DNA from: Atractiella rhizophila
Taxonomy: Eukaryota
Assembly: GCA_021432655.1 (NCBI GenBank)
Contig: MU271538.1
Coordinates: forward strand, 1-48,271
Direction of reading: 5' to 3'
DNA length: 48,271 bases
Part shown: piece by piece, positions 11,670 through 25,444 of the stretch
Layout: each line of letters begins with the position of its first letter
Numbering within the stretch: the stretch's first letter is position 1
Notes under the pieces: model-generated
What the model saw: the letters and a program-made list of their open reading frames with translations, nothing else
Database searches by the model: none
Told to the model about the DNA's origin: nothing
Made by a program: the position numbers and the translations under genes

Positions 11670-12279
11670 CGTGCTGGCTGATTAGGAGGATTGGGAGATG
11701 AAAGGGAAACAATTGTTTTTCGTTGTTTTGACAGGTTTGGACGTGAACTGAAGGCGCTCTCAAGTGCACGAGGACAACATATTTGGCGGGTCCAACTCGG
11801 CCGGCTATTTTTGAAGTTTCATTTTCAGTCCTTTCTCACGTTATTGTTAACTCTGGTTAACTGAAGACGAGAAGTTCGGTGAGTGAGACTCAAGCACTCG
11901 GACAACTCTTATTGTTGACGTGCAAACCAGTCGGGATCAAAGGAAGGAGTACTGTGTGCTCCAAGAACATTTCGTCAACGCCACGTTTGCTCAAATCGCC
12001 AGAACACAAGAAGGAGATTATCCATCATTGGATATTTGGGAAGTAGCAGCCTGATTTCAATGGAGAGTAAAAATTGCTTCAACGACAAGTAGTTACGAGC
12101 TTTGAACCCACATTCCCTTCTTCGATTTATAAGTCAGGGTGTTTCAGGGAAAGACACAAACACTTCGCCTAAGGAAGATATTGACAGGCAAAAATCTCGA
12201 GCTAGGAACGCGAAAGGATGACAAGAGGAGTAATGATACAGCGCACCGATCTATTGATACACATCAACACCACAACGTC

Positions 12280-12849
12280 TCATAATCCCCCGTATTCTTC
12301 CCCGATCCCACCTCCATATCCATTTGCCAAATCTTGCTGCCCCTGAATATGCAAGACCTTCGCAGTATTGAACTTGTTCTGACACTCTTTCCTCAGATTG
12401 TCGAGGGTCACGACTAACTTGGTGATCGCATCTTTAACCGCCTTTTACCCAAATCACATCCAAACGCATTCCTGTCAATATCGCAAGAATAGAGAGATAG
12501 AAGTGAAGGTAGAGATAAACTAACCTGGATAGGAGTAAGACTGCCGTCCGTTTGAACCTTCAACACGAACCGTGGTTCAAGGGGATGAGGTACTTGGACA
12601 CCAGCGAACAGGACAGAGTCCATGAGGAGGAGTTGAGAGCGGAGAAGGTTCGCAATCGTCCAGTCTTCTTTGTTAACTGTTATGGTAGCTGCGTTCGGGA
12701 TTTTGGTATCTTCCTGAATTTGCAACCTGCGGATCAGGATTAAAATGGTTAGAAAGGAGTCAAAGGGTAGAGGAAAAGGGAAGAAGGAGCACATACCGGT
12801 TTTCCCCTTCGGCAAGGTTGAAGAGCTCGTAACGTGTTGGAGCGTTCAT
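12280..12849 (-). CDS. RPB11: RNA polymerase II subunit Rpb11
   Basis: MNAPTRYELF...EDTKIPNAATITVNKEDWTIANLLRSQLL...VPHPLEPRFVLKVQTDG; two short introns. Confidence 0.93.
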
Positions 12850-13267
12850 TATCGCTGCTAACTTCAAGCTCTTAGCTCCCCGTAATGACACGAATGTAGC
12901 CCAAGAGCATAGACGCATTTTTAAAGCAGATATATTGAAAGCATTGGCAAGGCTCTCCTTCAGCCTTCAGCCTTAGTTATCAAACGCCACCGCCAACATC
13001 GAAGGGAGAGGAGCGTGTCACGAAGGCATGTTGGCCAACGTGTCGTTCTTGACGCTTACAGCAATAATAAAAAACCGCGAATCCGCACCTTTTAATTCTC
13101 CCTTTCACACCTTCACTTCTCCCAAGCCCTACGAAATATTAGACTATTGTCGGTCGTGAAAAGCAAGTGCTCAAAGCGGGCGGAAAGTCTGTTCAGTAGG
13201 GTCAGGGTTTGAACACGACAACAGCGTGAATCTCGAAACAGTTTCGTGGAAGTGGAAGGAAGAAAAG

Positions 13268-16200
13268 ATGAGCTCTCTGCCTCCTTTGCCTGCTGGTTGG
13301 ACAGCCCAATGGTACGCATGTCTGCTGTTGCTTCTGTAGATTTTACTGGTGGTGAGGCTTAACTTTGATATGACGACAGGGACCCGGAAGCTGGTCGACA
13401 GGTGTTTGTCGGTGTGTCTTTTTCTTCCTTATAGCGCTATGGGTTGAGGTTCTGAGCTTGGAGACTGATAAAGTGCTTATTGATAGACCCCCAAGGAACG
13501 ACTCACATGCACCATCCTTCGATAGTCCCTCCACCGCTTCCCATTAACCCCTCCCACTCCTCATCCTCCTACAATCCTCCCGCTCCGAATCCCTATGGCG
13601 CCGCACACGGACACAGCCGAAACCCTTCTTTACCTCCACAAGCTTCGGAGCCGTTCGTTCGCGGTCACTCCCACAGCGCATCCGTGAGCGGCGGTCGTAA
13701 ACGAGTGTATGCGAAGGACCAGACGCTTGCTTATTCGGGAGGACCTCCTCCGTCAATGATGGGCGGACAGCCCCTCGCACCTTTTCCCCAAAATGGCTAT
13801 CCCGCCGCGCCGGCACAACAACAACCCGGACTCTTCAGCCCTGCATTCCCCTCGCAGCCCCAGCAGGATGGTGCATATGGTCAGCAAGCGCCGATGGTCC
13901 CTCAAACCGCTGGGCCGTATGCTCAGGGATTCGGAGCTCAACAACAGGCTGCCATGGGCGGTTTGACCAATCAGTTTCAGAACATGAACCTCGCTGGTCA
14001 GGGTGGGAGAGTGCGTGTCCATTTCGCTTTCGGCATGATGAAGGGTTTGGATTGACGGAATGCGTTGGACAGTTTCTTGGCACGCAGACAATTAACCTCA
14101 TCGGAGCTCCTCCACTTCCGGTCGAAGAATTGGAGCATGACCCTCCAGAGGTGAAGCTGCCAGCTGGCGTGCGTTTTCTTTGCTCTCAGAAGTTGGAGTG
14201 AGAGTGGGAGGCTAATTAGAGGTGGTAGGCCTCCGTCTCTCAAGACCCAAAAGCTATCCCTCCCACGTCTTACCAACGGTGCACCCTCGGCGCTATACCC
14301 ACGAACCAACAGCTTTTGAACAAGTCGAAGGTGCCACTTGCGCTCGTTTGCTCTCCATTCCGGTCGAACGACTCTGATGTGCGCTCCTCTCCTTACTCAA
14401 ACAGAATTGATAATTGATTCTGGATGATAGTACGAGCCAGCGATCGTAACAGACACCGTGATTGCGCGTTGTCGTCGATGCAGGATGTACATGAACCCTT
14501 ACGTCACCTTTGTGGAAGGAGGAAACAGGTGGAAGTGTTGCATGTGCAATCTTACCAATGAGGTGCCGCAGATGTTCGACTGGGATCAGGAGAACAACCA
14601 ACCAGCCGACAGGTGGAAGAGGAAGGAGCTCAACAATTCCGTTGTCGAATTTGTGGCGGGAACTGAATATATGGTTCGTTGGGATCTTTGGAAAGGGAAG
14701 ACCTCTTATTAGATATCAGTTTCGACCTCCACAGCCACCTACTTACCTTTTCCTCATCGACGTTTCCTACAATGGAGTCCAATCTGGTGCGTGCTTCGTC
14801 ACCCTCCACTCCAAATGACTGACGGTGCGATGATGTAGGTATGGTTGCAACTGCCGCTCGTACCATCCTAGAGACGCTGGATCGAATCCCGAACGTGGAC
14901 AATCGGACGAAGATTTGTTTTATTGGGGTTGATAGCATGCTTCACTTCTTCTCGCTCACTCCCGGAACGAGCGAACCGAACATGCTCGTCGTCGGAGATC
15001 TAGACGATATCTTCCTCCCACGCTACGATGACCTCCTCGTCAACTTGACCGATGCGAGGACGGTCGTGGAGACACTCCTTGGGAAGTTGGGAGATATGTT
15101 TAAGGATAATCACGTCGTGGGATCTGCTATGAGTAGCGCCATTGCGGCGGCTCATAAGCTCTCTGTATGCTGTTCCATTCTGGAAGACTTGCATAGCGCC
15201 TGATGGAGGTCTTATAGGGTGGATTGGGAGCCAAAATTATGGTGTTCACCGCTACTCTACCAAACCTCGGACCGGGAGCATTGAGACCCAGAGAAGACTC
15301 GAAGATCCTCGGTACCGCGAAGGTCCGTTTACTCTTTCTCTATTGTTCATCTGGACTAAAGAATGTATCCAGGAGTCAACACTTCTCCAAGCTCAGAACC
15401 CTTGGTATAAGACAACGGCGACGGATTGCTCGCGGCAACAAGTTTCCATTGATATGTGGGTGTTCGGATCAAGCTATATGGACATCGCTACTCTCAGTCA
15501 GTTTTCGCCGCCCAATCAAAGGCGAGACTACCACTGACTTTATGGCAGGTTGTCTCCCTCGCTATACTGGTGGACAAGTCTACTTCTACCCTGCCTTCAA
15601 CGCTGGGCGGTCCGAAGATGCGCTCAAGTTTGCACATGAACTGGGAGAGGTGCTAGCGTCCCCCATTGGACTGGAAGCGATCATTAGGATCCGAGCATCT
15701 CGCGGATTGAGGATGACCGCCTTCCACGGAAACTTCTTCATTCGGTCCACTGATCTGTTGGGTCTCCCAGCTGTGCCTTGCGATCAGTCGTACACTGTCG
15801 AGATCCAGGTGGAAGACCCGCTGACGCAGCCTTTCGTCGTCTTTCAGACCGCGGTGCTGCATACCAGTAGCTTTGGTATGTAGTTTTCTTGTCTGAAATG
15901 GGAGAGAGTACTAACTAATGTGCCTGTTGTTATAGGCGAGCGACGCATACGAGTGGTTACTCAAGCGTTCCCAACCACCAGTAACTTGTCGGAAATCTAT
16001 TCGAGCGTAGATCAAGTCGCGCTCGCAACTTACCTCTCTTGCAAAGCTGTGGAGAAGAGTTTGTATTCGAGATTGGACGATGCGAGGGACGCGGTGTTGA
16101 ACAAGCTCGTGGAGATCTTTGGAACGTATAAGGCCACGATGACTGCTTCCGGTAACACGGCCAGTCCTGCTCTCGCGATCGCTGAGAACATGAAGTTCTT

Positions 16201-16967
16201 GCCCCTTCTCTGTCTCGGATTATTGAAGCATGTCGGACTGCGACAAAGCTCGCATATCCCCTCAGACCTCAGAGCTTATGCTCAGGACCTCCTTGTTACA
16301 CTTCCAACCCAGCTGCTTATCCCATTCATCCATCCCACTTTTTACTCTTTGCACAATATGCCTCCTGAGGTGCGCTTTCTACATCTTTATTTGAAACTTG
16401 ATTGGTTGACATAGAGCTTTGATTTGACAGTGTGGAACGACGGACGATAACGGAACTGTCATCTTGCCTCCTCCCCTCAATCTTACAAGCGAGAAATTTG
16501 AACGGCATGGGCTCTTCTTGATTGAGGATGGACAGCAGATGTTCCTGTATCTTGGACGTGACGCCGTCCCACGGTTATGTCAAGACGTCTTCGGAGTGGA
16601 AGATTACCACCGCGTGCAAGGCGGGAAGGTACGTCCTTGCCTTCATATCCATTCATTCTCTCTAAATTCAAGGAATAGGCTACTCTGCCGCGCTTGGAGA
16701 ACCCATTCTCGGACCGTGTTAATGCTATCATTGGACGCGTTAGGAGCAGGCGGAGAGGACCATATTACCCCCATTTATACATCGTCAAAGACGATGGAGA
16801 AGCGTCGTTGAGAATGTGGGCTCTGAGTTGTTTGATTGAGGATAGGCAGGAGCAGCTGCCGAGCTATCACCAATTTTTGGGTATGCCGCTTTCTCTTCAT
16901 TCCACACCCCACGCTGATGTCGATCTCAGGTCAAGTCAAGGATCGTGTGAACTCTGGGAGTTTTTAG
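13268..16967 (+). CDS. SEC24: COPII cargo-selection subunit Sec24, with an N-terminal WW-like module
   Basis: Zn finger [12 protein letters not shown]...WKCCMC, trunk domain FLIDVS, GERRIRV and gelsolin-like C-terminus; many short GT-AG introns. Confidence 0.95.
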
Positions 16968-17317
16968 TCGGATACTGGAGAAGAGATTGGGAGAGTAAAA
17001 TTCTGCTAGCTTGTTGTTGCAACAGGTGACTTAGATGTCTTATTGGAGATATACCTCACTGAAATTTTCATATTGTTCTGTTTCTTATTCACTCCACGAC
17101 ATTGACAGTGGTCAACAACGGGAACCAATATCTATGTCTCATCCACATCATTCCCTGTGGCAGGCGGGCGGAATTGACCATTCAACAAGGTTTTTGCGAG
17201 CCTTCGACACACTTTTGGCTTTGTTATTTTCTTGTCAACTAACGTGGGTTGCAGTGTTTCCTTTGAAAGGTTAGCTTCTGCGCCATCCTGCTGCCGACTG
17301 ATTCCAATCCCTCCTAG

Positions 17318-18003
17318 ATGCCTACTCGAACCTCCAAAACCCGAAAGCTGCGAGGGCACGTTTCCGCTGGTCATGGACGTATAGGCAAGCACCGAAAACA
17401 TCCTGGTGGTCGTGGTCTGGCTGTGGGTCTTTCTTATACCTTATCAAGTATTGGGTGGGGATTGGAGATTGATCTTCGTTTCTGGGCTTGGATGATTAGG
17501 GTGGTATGCACCACCACCGCACCAACTTCGATAAGTACCATTACGGTTACTTCGGAAAGGTGGGAATGAGGTATTTCCACAAGACAAAGAATCAGTTCTG
17601 GAGGCCCGTTATCAACATTGACAAACTTGCTGTACGTTGCTCTCCGTGCTTAGGTCGAGTCTGTGTATTAAAAAGTAACCTGCTGCAGACCCTTGTACCA
17701 GCGGAACAGAAGAAGGCTGCAAGTGGTGACAAAGTCCCAGTTATCGATACACTCGCTGCCGTGCGCTTTCCTTGCTTCCTCCCGTGCAGACAATGGAAGC
17801 CTGACGGCACGGACAGGGATACGGAAAAGTCCTAGCAAAAGGACGACTGCCATCAACACCTTTCATCGTCAAGGCTCGGTATGTTTCAAGGAGGGCAGAG
17901 GACAAGATCAAGGTTGGTGTTTCTTCTTCGTTCCGAAGCATGATCTGATCTTATTGATTTTTCCTTACAGGCTGCAGGAGGAGTCGTCAAGATTGTCGCA
18001 TAA
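17318..18003 (+). CDS. RPL28: 60S ribosomal protein uL15 (yeast L28 / L27a)
   Basis: [49 protein letters not shown]...; four coding introns, ends GGVVKIVA*. Confidence 0.97.
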
Positions 18004-18560
18004 CTTCAACCTTCCCTTCCAGTAGTTCAACTTCTCTCTGTATGACGATTGCACCTATGGTCTATGATTGCATGGCATTTTTACAAACGTAAAAGAAATT
18101 GGAGAAAGGAAGTGGTGTCTGACAGTACTATGGAGAGGTGGGTGTGCAAGCCTAAGCGTGGTGAATGTTCGTGAACCTTTAATCGGAATCGTGCATGAAA
18201 GCGCTGGGTTCTGGGCGATTCGATGAGCGCAGATACTCAGTCGGCGAGATGGTGCCAGATGCTCGCTTATGATCATTGGTCACCAAAACGCAAATACCTC
18301 TTTGTTGTCCCTCCACGACCGTACATATTCCTTTCTACCTGCCGTGTGACTGTTATAAACCGTAATGAAGCGGTTTACATGTCCGTCAATTTGATCGATA
18401 TCGATCGGAAAGGCCCTCGCGCCGTGAATAGCTCGTCAAAGGGAACGGGTTCGTGCCATGCGCGCTTCTGCGAAGTGACGCACTTTCATTTGAAGCCCGT
18501 TTTGGTGAGCCAAAAGATTCGCCTTCTGCTATAGTCCGACTACCCCTCACAAAGGCGGGG

Positions 18561-20947
18561 AGCCCATGAGTAAGAAAAGCACGTACTCGAGCGTGATGTT
18601 GACTAGCGCTCGCTTGCAATGTGCGTAGCGCGTTCGGACCCTCGATGGATATCGATTCGAGCATTATTCCCCCACCACCAATTCGGGTCGGGAGAACAAC
18701 GGGCCGCTCACTGATCAGGCGGGGAAGCTTGGGACCTCCTCCACCCTCATCGACGCCGGGAAGAAGATTGTCCCAAACTTCATTGCGTCAAGCTCCAGGC
18801 AGCTCGTGAGGTTTCTATGGGATCGATGAGGTGAGGAGCAGCCCTTATATTTATCTTCAGATCTTCCACATGGAAGTGTGTGAGGTTGAGCTGCATAAAA
18901 GAGGAACCTCGGCTCCTCTCGTTTCTCCCATTGGGAGCTGAACGTTTGAACGCACCATGAAACTGTTCGCTTTGACGGCTCTTGCCTTTCAGGTGGCACT
19001 TGCGGCTCCAACCGTTGAGGTGAAGCAAGGGACCATCGTTGGAGTAGACTTGCCAAATTTCGATCAAGAGAGTAAGCAAAGCTCGCCGACTTGAAATTAT
19101 GATTGAATAGGACATTAGTTTTCCTTGGCATTCCCTACGCTCAACCACCTCTTGGAGACTTGAGATTACGAAAGCCTCAGGCTTACAACTCGACGTACGA
19201 CAACTTTGACGCATCGAAATACTCCCCGCTGTGTTGGAATTTACAGTCGACTATTTCGGATGGAAACGATTCTCCACAAGATGAAGATTGCGTAGGTTGT
19301 TGACACTCGCATTGGAGACAATGTCAACTGAGTGGGATTTCCTTAGTTGACTTTGAACATTGTAAAGCCAAAGAATGCCACAAATCTTCCTGTCATGTTT
19401 TGGATGCATGGGTAGGTCCCAGTTCGAATGCCACAATGGCCTGCTTATCAAGAATAGGGGAGGGCTACAGTGGGGTGGAAGCGTAAGGTCACACATACTT
19501 TCCATGAAAGACTAATGAGGAAGTCAGTCTCTCGATTGGTACAATGGCACATATCTGGTGCAAGCAGGCCGGGTAGGCTCTTCTTTATTCATTTCCGCCT
19601 CCTCACCTCGTATATCAGAACTTCTCCAACGACATAGTTTTTGTATCAATCAACTATCGCCTATTGTCGTTGGGGTTTCTTGGTGGTAAAGCCTTGCTAG
19701 ATGAAGGCAATGTGAACCTTGGACATCAAGATCAGCGACTCGCCCTTAGTACAAGCCCATGAGTAAGAAAAGCACGTACTCGAGCGTGATGTTGACTAGC
19801 GCTCGCTTGCAATGTGCGTAGCGCGTTCGGACCCTCGATGGATATCGATTCGAGTATTATTCCCCCACCGCCAATTCGGGTCGGGAGAACAACGGGCCGC
19901 TCACTGATCAGGCGGGGAAGCTTGGGACCTCCTCCACCCTCATCGACGCCGGGAAGAAGATTGTCCCAAACTTCATTGCGTCAAGCTCCAGGCAGCTCGT
20001 GAGGTTTCTATGGGATCGATGAGGTGAGGAGCAGCCCTTATATTTATCTTCAGATCTTCCACATGGAAGTGTGTGAGGTTGAGCTGCATAAAAGAGGAAC
20101 CTCGGCTCCTCTCGTTTTCTCTCATTGGGAGCTGAACGTTTGAACGCACCATGAAACTGTTCGCTTTGACGGCTCTTGCCTTTCAGGTGGCACTTGCGGC
20201 TCCAACCGTTGAGGTGAAGCAAGGGACCATCGTTGGAGTAGACTTGCCAAATTTCGATCAAGAGAGTAAGCAAAGCTCGCCGACTTGAAATTATGATTGA
20301 ATAGGACATTAGTTTTCCTTGGCATTCCCTACGCTCAACCACCTCTTGGAGACTTGAGATTACGAAAGCCTCAGGCTTACAACTCGACGTACGACAACTT
20401 TGACGCATCGAAATACTCCCCGCTGTGTTGGAATTTACAGTCGACTATTTCGGATGGAAACGATTCTCCTCAAGATGAAGATTGCGTAGGTTGTTGACAC
20501 TCGCATTGGAGACAATGTCAACTGAGTGGGATTTCCTTAGTTGACTTTGAACATTGTAAAGCCAAAGAATGCCACAAATCTTCCTGTCATGTTTTGGATG
20601 CATGGGTAGGTCCCAGTTCGAATGCCACAATGGCCTGCTTATCAAGAATAGGGGAGGGCTACAGTGGGGTGGAAGCGTAAGGTCACACATACTTTCCAGG
20701 AAAGACTAATGAGGAAGTCAGTCTCTCGATTGGTATAATGGCACATATCTGGTGCAAGCAGGCCGGGTACGCTCTTCTTTATTCATTTCCGCCCCCTCAC
20801 CTCGTATATCAGAACTTCTCCAACGACATAGTTTTTGTATCAATCAACTATCGCCTATTGTCGTTGGGGTTTCTTGGTGGTAAAGCCTTGCTAGATGAAG
20901 GCAATGTGAACCTTGGACATCAAGATCAGCGACTCGCCCTTAGTACA
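18561..20947. repeat. Head-to-tail tandem duplication: unit 1 18561-19753, unit 2 19754-20947 (~99% identical)
   Basis: Near-identical sequence offset by 1193-1194 nt, with a handful of substitutions and one 1-nt indel. Junction ...tagtaca|agcccatgag has 1-nt microhomology. Confidence 0.97.
18957..19753 (+). pseudogene. 3'-truncated copy of the carboxylesterase gene (ends at HQDQRLAL, before the catalytic Ser)
   Basis: Same exons as the 20151 gene, then runs into the duplicated upstream region. Confidence 0.8.
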
Positions 20948-22481
20948 ATTTCACTTTCTTCTGGCCAACGCCATCTAACTGTAGCGGTTAGGCTGGGTGC
21001 ACGATAATATCGCTGCATTTGGAGGGGACCCATCGAGAGTGACAATATTTGGGGAATCGTCAGTGATTTTCTGATTAAATACTCCTGACTGACCAAACAA
21101 TTAGCTCTGGTGGAGCTTCCGTCTGGGCTCAAGTTCACGGTATGTCCCGCTTTTCAGTCAGAAATGTCTCGCTCTTACATTTAAACGTTAGCCTACGGAG
21201 GAAACAATAATGGCCTCTTCCGAGCTGGAATTGTTGAATCCATCGGGTTCCTTACCCTTCGTTCAGCAGATTACGCACCTTATCAAGCCTCCTTCGACGC
21301 ATTGCTTTTAAATTCAACTTGCGCTAATACGATCAATTCTACCGCTTCTGAGCAGCTACAATGCTTGCGTCACAATGTCACGGCGCACGATTTGATTACC
21401 GCTGTTCAAACGTGGGCGACGGGAACAATGATCGATGGCGATTTCCTGCCATATGGGAGCTCAACCGTAAAAGCCGTTCCTGCAGGAAAAGTGGCCAAAG
21501 TCCCCATCCTTGTCGGATGTAACACTGACGAGGTTGATTCGTGCTTCTAAGTCGCCAGCGTGCTAATCATTTCTTTTCAATAGGGTGCCAGCTTCGGCAG
21601 AAAAGGAACGAACACAACTGACGACGTACGAGTCGCCCTTCGTCAGTGCCATAACTTCCTCGTGTATCATTGCCCTTACTTTAGGCAGAGACGAGCTACC
21701 CTACAATGAGCAACGATTCAATCAGCACATTATTAGAGCTGTATCCAGATGATCCATACAGCACATACCTTGGCACGCCTGCCAACACAGGTGAGTATCT
21801 GTCCATTCTACAACCTTTGCGTTGAGCGCTAGGCAGGATTATGGCGACCTGCCTCTGGCGTACAGGATAAAAGGACTGCTGTCATCACGGGGGACCTTGC
21901 TATGGATGCCATGGCAAGGTATATTGGTAGACAGTGGGCAAAAGCTGGTCGACCGATCTACCGTTATAGATTCAATCAACAAGCATACAAGTGAGCTTTC
22001 CCTTCTCAACTAGCAGTTCTCATTAAGAAACTTGTCTAGCACCACAGCGGAAGGAGGCATCGCCCACTTCTCAGAGGTAGGTCCCCTGGTAAATCGGCCC
22101 TATTTTTTCACATGGAAGCTACGCGTATAGGTGCGATACGTATTTGGGAATCCTGCCAACTACACCTATTTGGGACGAGAACTAGGGCCATGGCCGAGTG
22201 ATCATGCTCTATCGGGCTTAATGATGGCCAATTGGCTCGCTTTTGCAGTGCACCTGGACCCGAACAAAAACAACTGTGAGTTTTCTCGTGTCTGCATCTT
22301 GGGTTCACCGTGTTCTCATTGCAAAATAGACCCGGGTGCTCCCAATTGGCCAGATTACAGTCAGGGAGGGAAGAATATGGTCTTTCAAAGTTTAGGATCA
22401 GCGACAGAAACGGACGACTACAGAGAAAAGCAAATAGATTTTATCATTGATGAAGTAATGCCAAATCTAGGCGCACAATGA
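20151..22481 (+). CDS. Secreted type-B carboxylesterase / lipase (alpha/beta hydrolase)
   Basis: Signal peptide MKLFALTALAFQVALAAP; FLGIPYAQPP, EDCL, WMHG|GG, NYRL, GES|SGG nucleophile motif, NTDE and AHFSE triad residues. Confidence 0.93.
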
Positions 22482-23642
22482 GATGTGAATGAATGTATGA
22501 ATGTTGCATGGAATGTAGCGAGAATTCAAAATCAAGAGAAATCATGGCACCTAACATGCTGGTGGCTGGATTGCCTTACAGCAGGGAGTCAATCATTCAA
22601 CAATGCCCATGGTGGTGGGAGGAAAAAGCATTGGCCTTGATAAATTGACTTACTAATTCGGCAACTAGGGTTACTATGGTAGGGAGGTGCACATTAGCCA
22701 GCAGAGAGAGATAGGGCGAGGTCTAACGCTTGATATTGTTAAGATTGTATTTCACATCGATGGAAAAACGAATGGACTCGAAATCAGCTAACAGACACCA
22801 AAATGTCCTGTCAACCACTCTTCAAAGCTTCATTCATCGATTAATTGGGGCAAAGATTACAACAAACAGAGGAGGAAAGGAAAAAAAACGGATCGAAACT
22901 GACACAAGAGGGAACCCAAATAATAGTACTACGGTTTATCGAACGCCGATGCGCTCGTCATCGAATCAAAGAAAACCAAGAGCCAATGTGGATGAAGTAA
23001 ATCAACAGGATTCTGCAAAGTCGAAGTCAATTCGGGTATCCAAAGTCCATCGCGTCACTTCAGGGAGAGTAGGCAGCGGACTTCAAGAAGAAGAGGAAGA
23101 GGGGATGAAGGAGTATCTAAAGGAGTCAAGTGTGGATGCAAAACGCGAACCCTGAAGTGACTTCGAGGGAAGAGGGAGCCGAAGTAAATGTGTCCACGGT
23201 ACTGATGTAAAATTGGGAAATGAAATGAAGGTAGACTTAGCACATCGACCCACAAGCCAAGAATGTGAGTGCGAAATTGATTGATTGATTGAATACCAAA
23301 CCAAAGAAATATTTTGTGTCCATCCTTTGCGGAGGAGAGGTTTGCGCATGTCGAACTGTTTAGGTTATTGTACCGGTCGTGTTCCTTTCAGCGAGGGCAC
23401 TGGGAACTTGAGAGAGTCGAGGTTGGAGAAAGAGATTGGAGGAGGTGATTATAAGTCGGATTGGAGCGAGGAGGGAATTATCGCGGGTCATTAGTGGACG
23501 GTAGTCTTCGTAAATCGCGTTATCCATGCCGAATAAATAGATAAAGAGTCAAAAACTGAATCGAGAACCGAATCCAACAGACCGCAGAAAGACCGCAGAA
23601 CGTCTATTGAATCCACAAATGTCCTTTCTTCTCCTCTCGTTC

Positions 23643-25444
23643 CTATGAAGTGCCGTGGACCCCGACCATTTTCCTCTCTTTATGATTACTCAAGCTCCTC
23701 CCTTCTCCAGCCAATTCCCTCTCAATCAACTCTCTAGCCTCCTCACTTCCCTCCTCCTCCTCCTCCGGCGCTCTTCCCGGTCCACCATCCCCATCCTCCG
23801 CATCCCTACCAGCCTGTTTCCCAGCCGCGAGGATCGGACTCGAATCCGACTGAGGGATCGAAGGGTTTGAGTGTTCGAGTTGCATCGACGCCCTCGGTTC
23901 ATTCGAGTTCGGGTTCGAGTTTGTCGAACCTGGCGATGGGTCGTTGGAGAATAGTGGCTGCCTTAAAGCCTTCCTGAACGCGTCCGCCATCGCCGCCGCC
24001 TCGTTCCCAGTGATGGGACCATCCTCTTCGCTGGCTGGGCCCTCGATGATAGCCCGACTGCTCTTCCTCGACGCCGAGCTCATCTTCCGTCCTCTATCAC
24101 TCGCTGCTCCAATGACAGACGGTGGGATGCCAAGATGCTTCTCCTCATCATCATGTCCCGAATTCCTATTGCTTCCACCCAACCCTAACCCTCTTGACAA
24201 AAGCCCAGCACCCTCCGCCTTCTCCTTCTCTGCTTGTGGCACGATCGGCGTTCCGCTCCCAATGCTTCCTTCCGATCCCCGATACCGCTTCGATTTCCGA
24301 ATGGTCTTTATGCAGAAATAGAGAGCGAGCGCAAAGCCTAAAAGGGCAAGGAAACCTAGGATGACGACGAGAGCGATGCCCCAATCCGGGAACCCGGAGT
24401 CATGCGAGTCGTCTTGTAGTCCCCCGGTCGGTGTTGTCGAGGGGTTCAAACCTGCAACAGACGAGCGGGAGGAGGCGACGGAGGCTGAGGAGACTGATAG
24501 AACAGAGGAGAGCAAACTTGATGGCGGCGCGGTTTCTATTCGCCCACCACCCACACATTCAGTCAGTCATGTCCCCTTACGGACCAAGTTCTGTGTTCTG
24601 CGATGGAAGGAGGGACGTACGGATTGCGGTGAATGTGGCTTGGTGCTGTTCTGCTCCTGTCAAGGTAGTGTTCGCGGGGACGATAACGAAGTAATAGGGT
24701 ATGGACACGTTCTGTCCTAGCACCCAATGGTCTTCTGTGGGCCACCATGCTTCACCTGGTGCCCAACCGATGCTTCCTCGAGCGTTGGCGATTCCGGGAA
24801 ACTCGAGGGCCATCTCTTCGGTATTTGCATTGAAGAGATAAATATCGACATATCTGCACACCAAATTTAGATGGGGGCTGAACACGACGGAGGCAGGAGA
24901 GATGTACCCATTATTAAAGAATTCAGGATAATTGACGTTCCATATGAACTTGGAATACTCAGATTCGACAACCGTTGTATTCCCTTCCGGATAACAGCTC
25001 AGGATAGCATTCGACTCGTAGTTGCAATTCGGATCTTGACACGCCGACGGATCAACCAACCCGTCCGAGAAAACGCAGGACGAGAGAGGGGAAGAAAGAG
25101 AGAGACCCACAACCGGTAGCCACAGGACCGCTCCCATCTCCCTGCATCTGTCTCCGTCCGAGACCAAATTCCTCCTCCAAAGAGCTTTCAAGGTGCGGTG
25201 AAGCTAGCTCGCGGATGTCGACCCGCTTCCGCTTCTTATTCTGGAACGCGAGTAACGGGATCGGTAAACCATCTTCGGCTGAACCGCCGACGGGATTCGA
25301 AGAGGAAGTGGATGGTAGGGGTGTTGGGACTGCGGGCGGTGGGTGAGGGGAGGAATGGGAAGGTGGGACGGAGGAGCGTGATGTGGGGATTGGAACTGTG
25401 GAGGTTGAGGGAACGGGAGACGGAAAGGGATCAGAGAACCACAT
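23643..25444 (-). CDS. Single-pass membrane protein (Cys-containing ectodomain, Ser-rich stalk, TM helix, cytoplasmic tail); start uncertain
   Basis: Spliced ORFs 25052-25570, 24577-25191 and 23643-24554; TM WGIALVVILGFLALLGFALALYFCI followed by basic KTIRKSKR. Confidence 0.75.
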
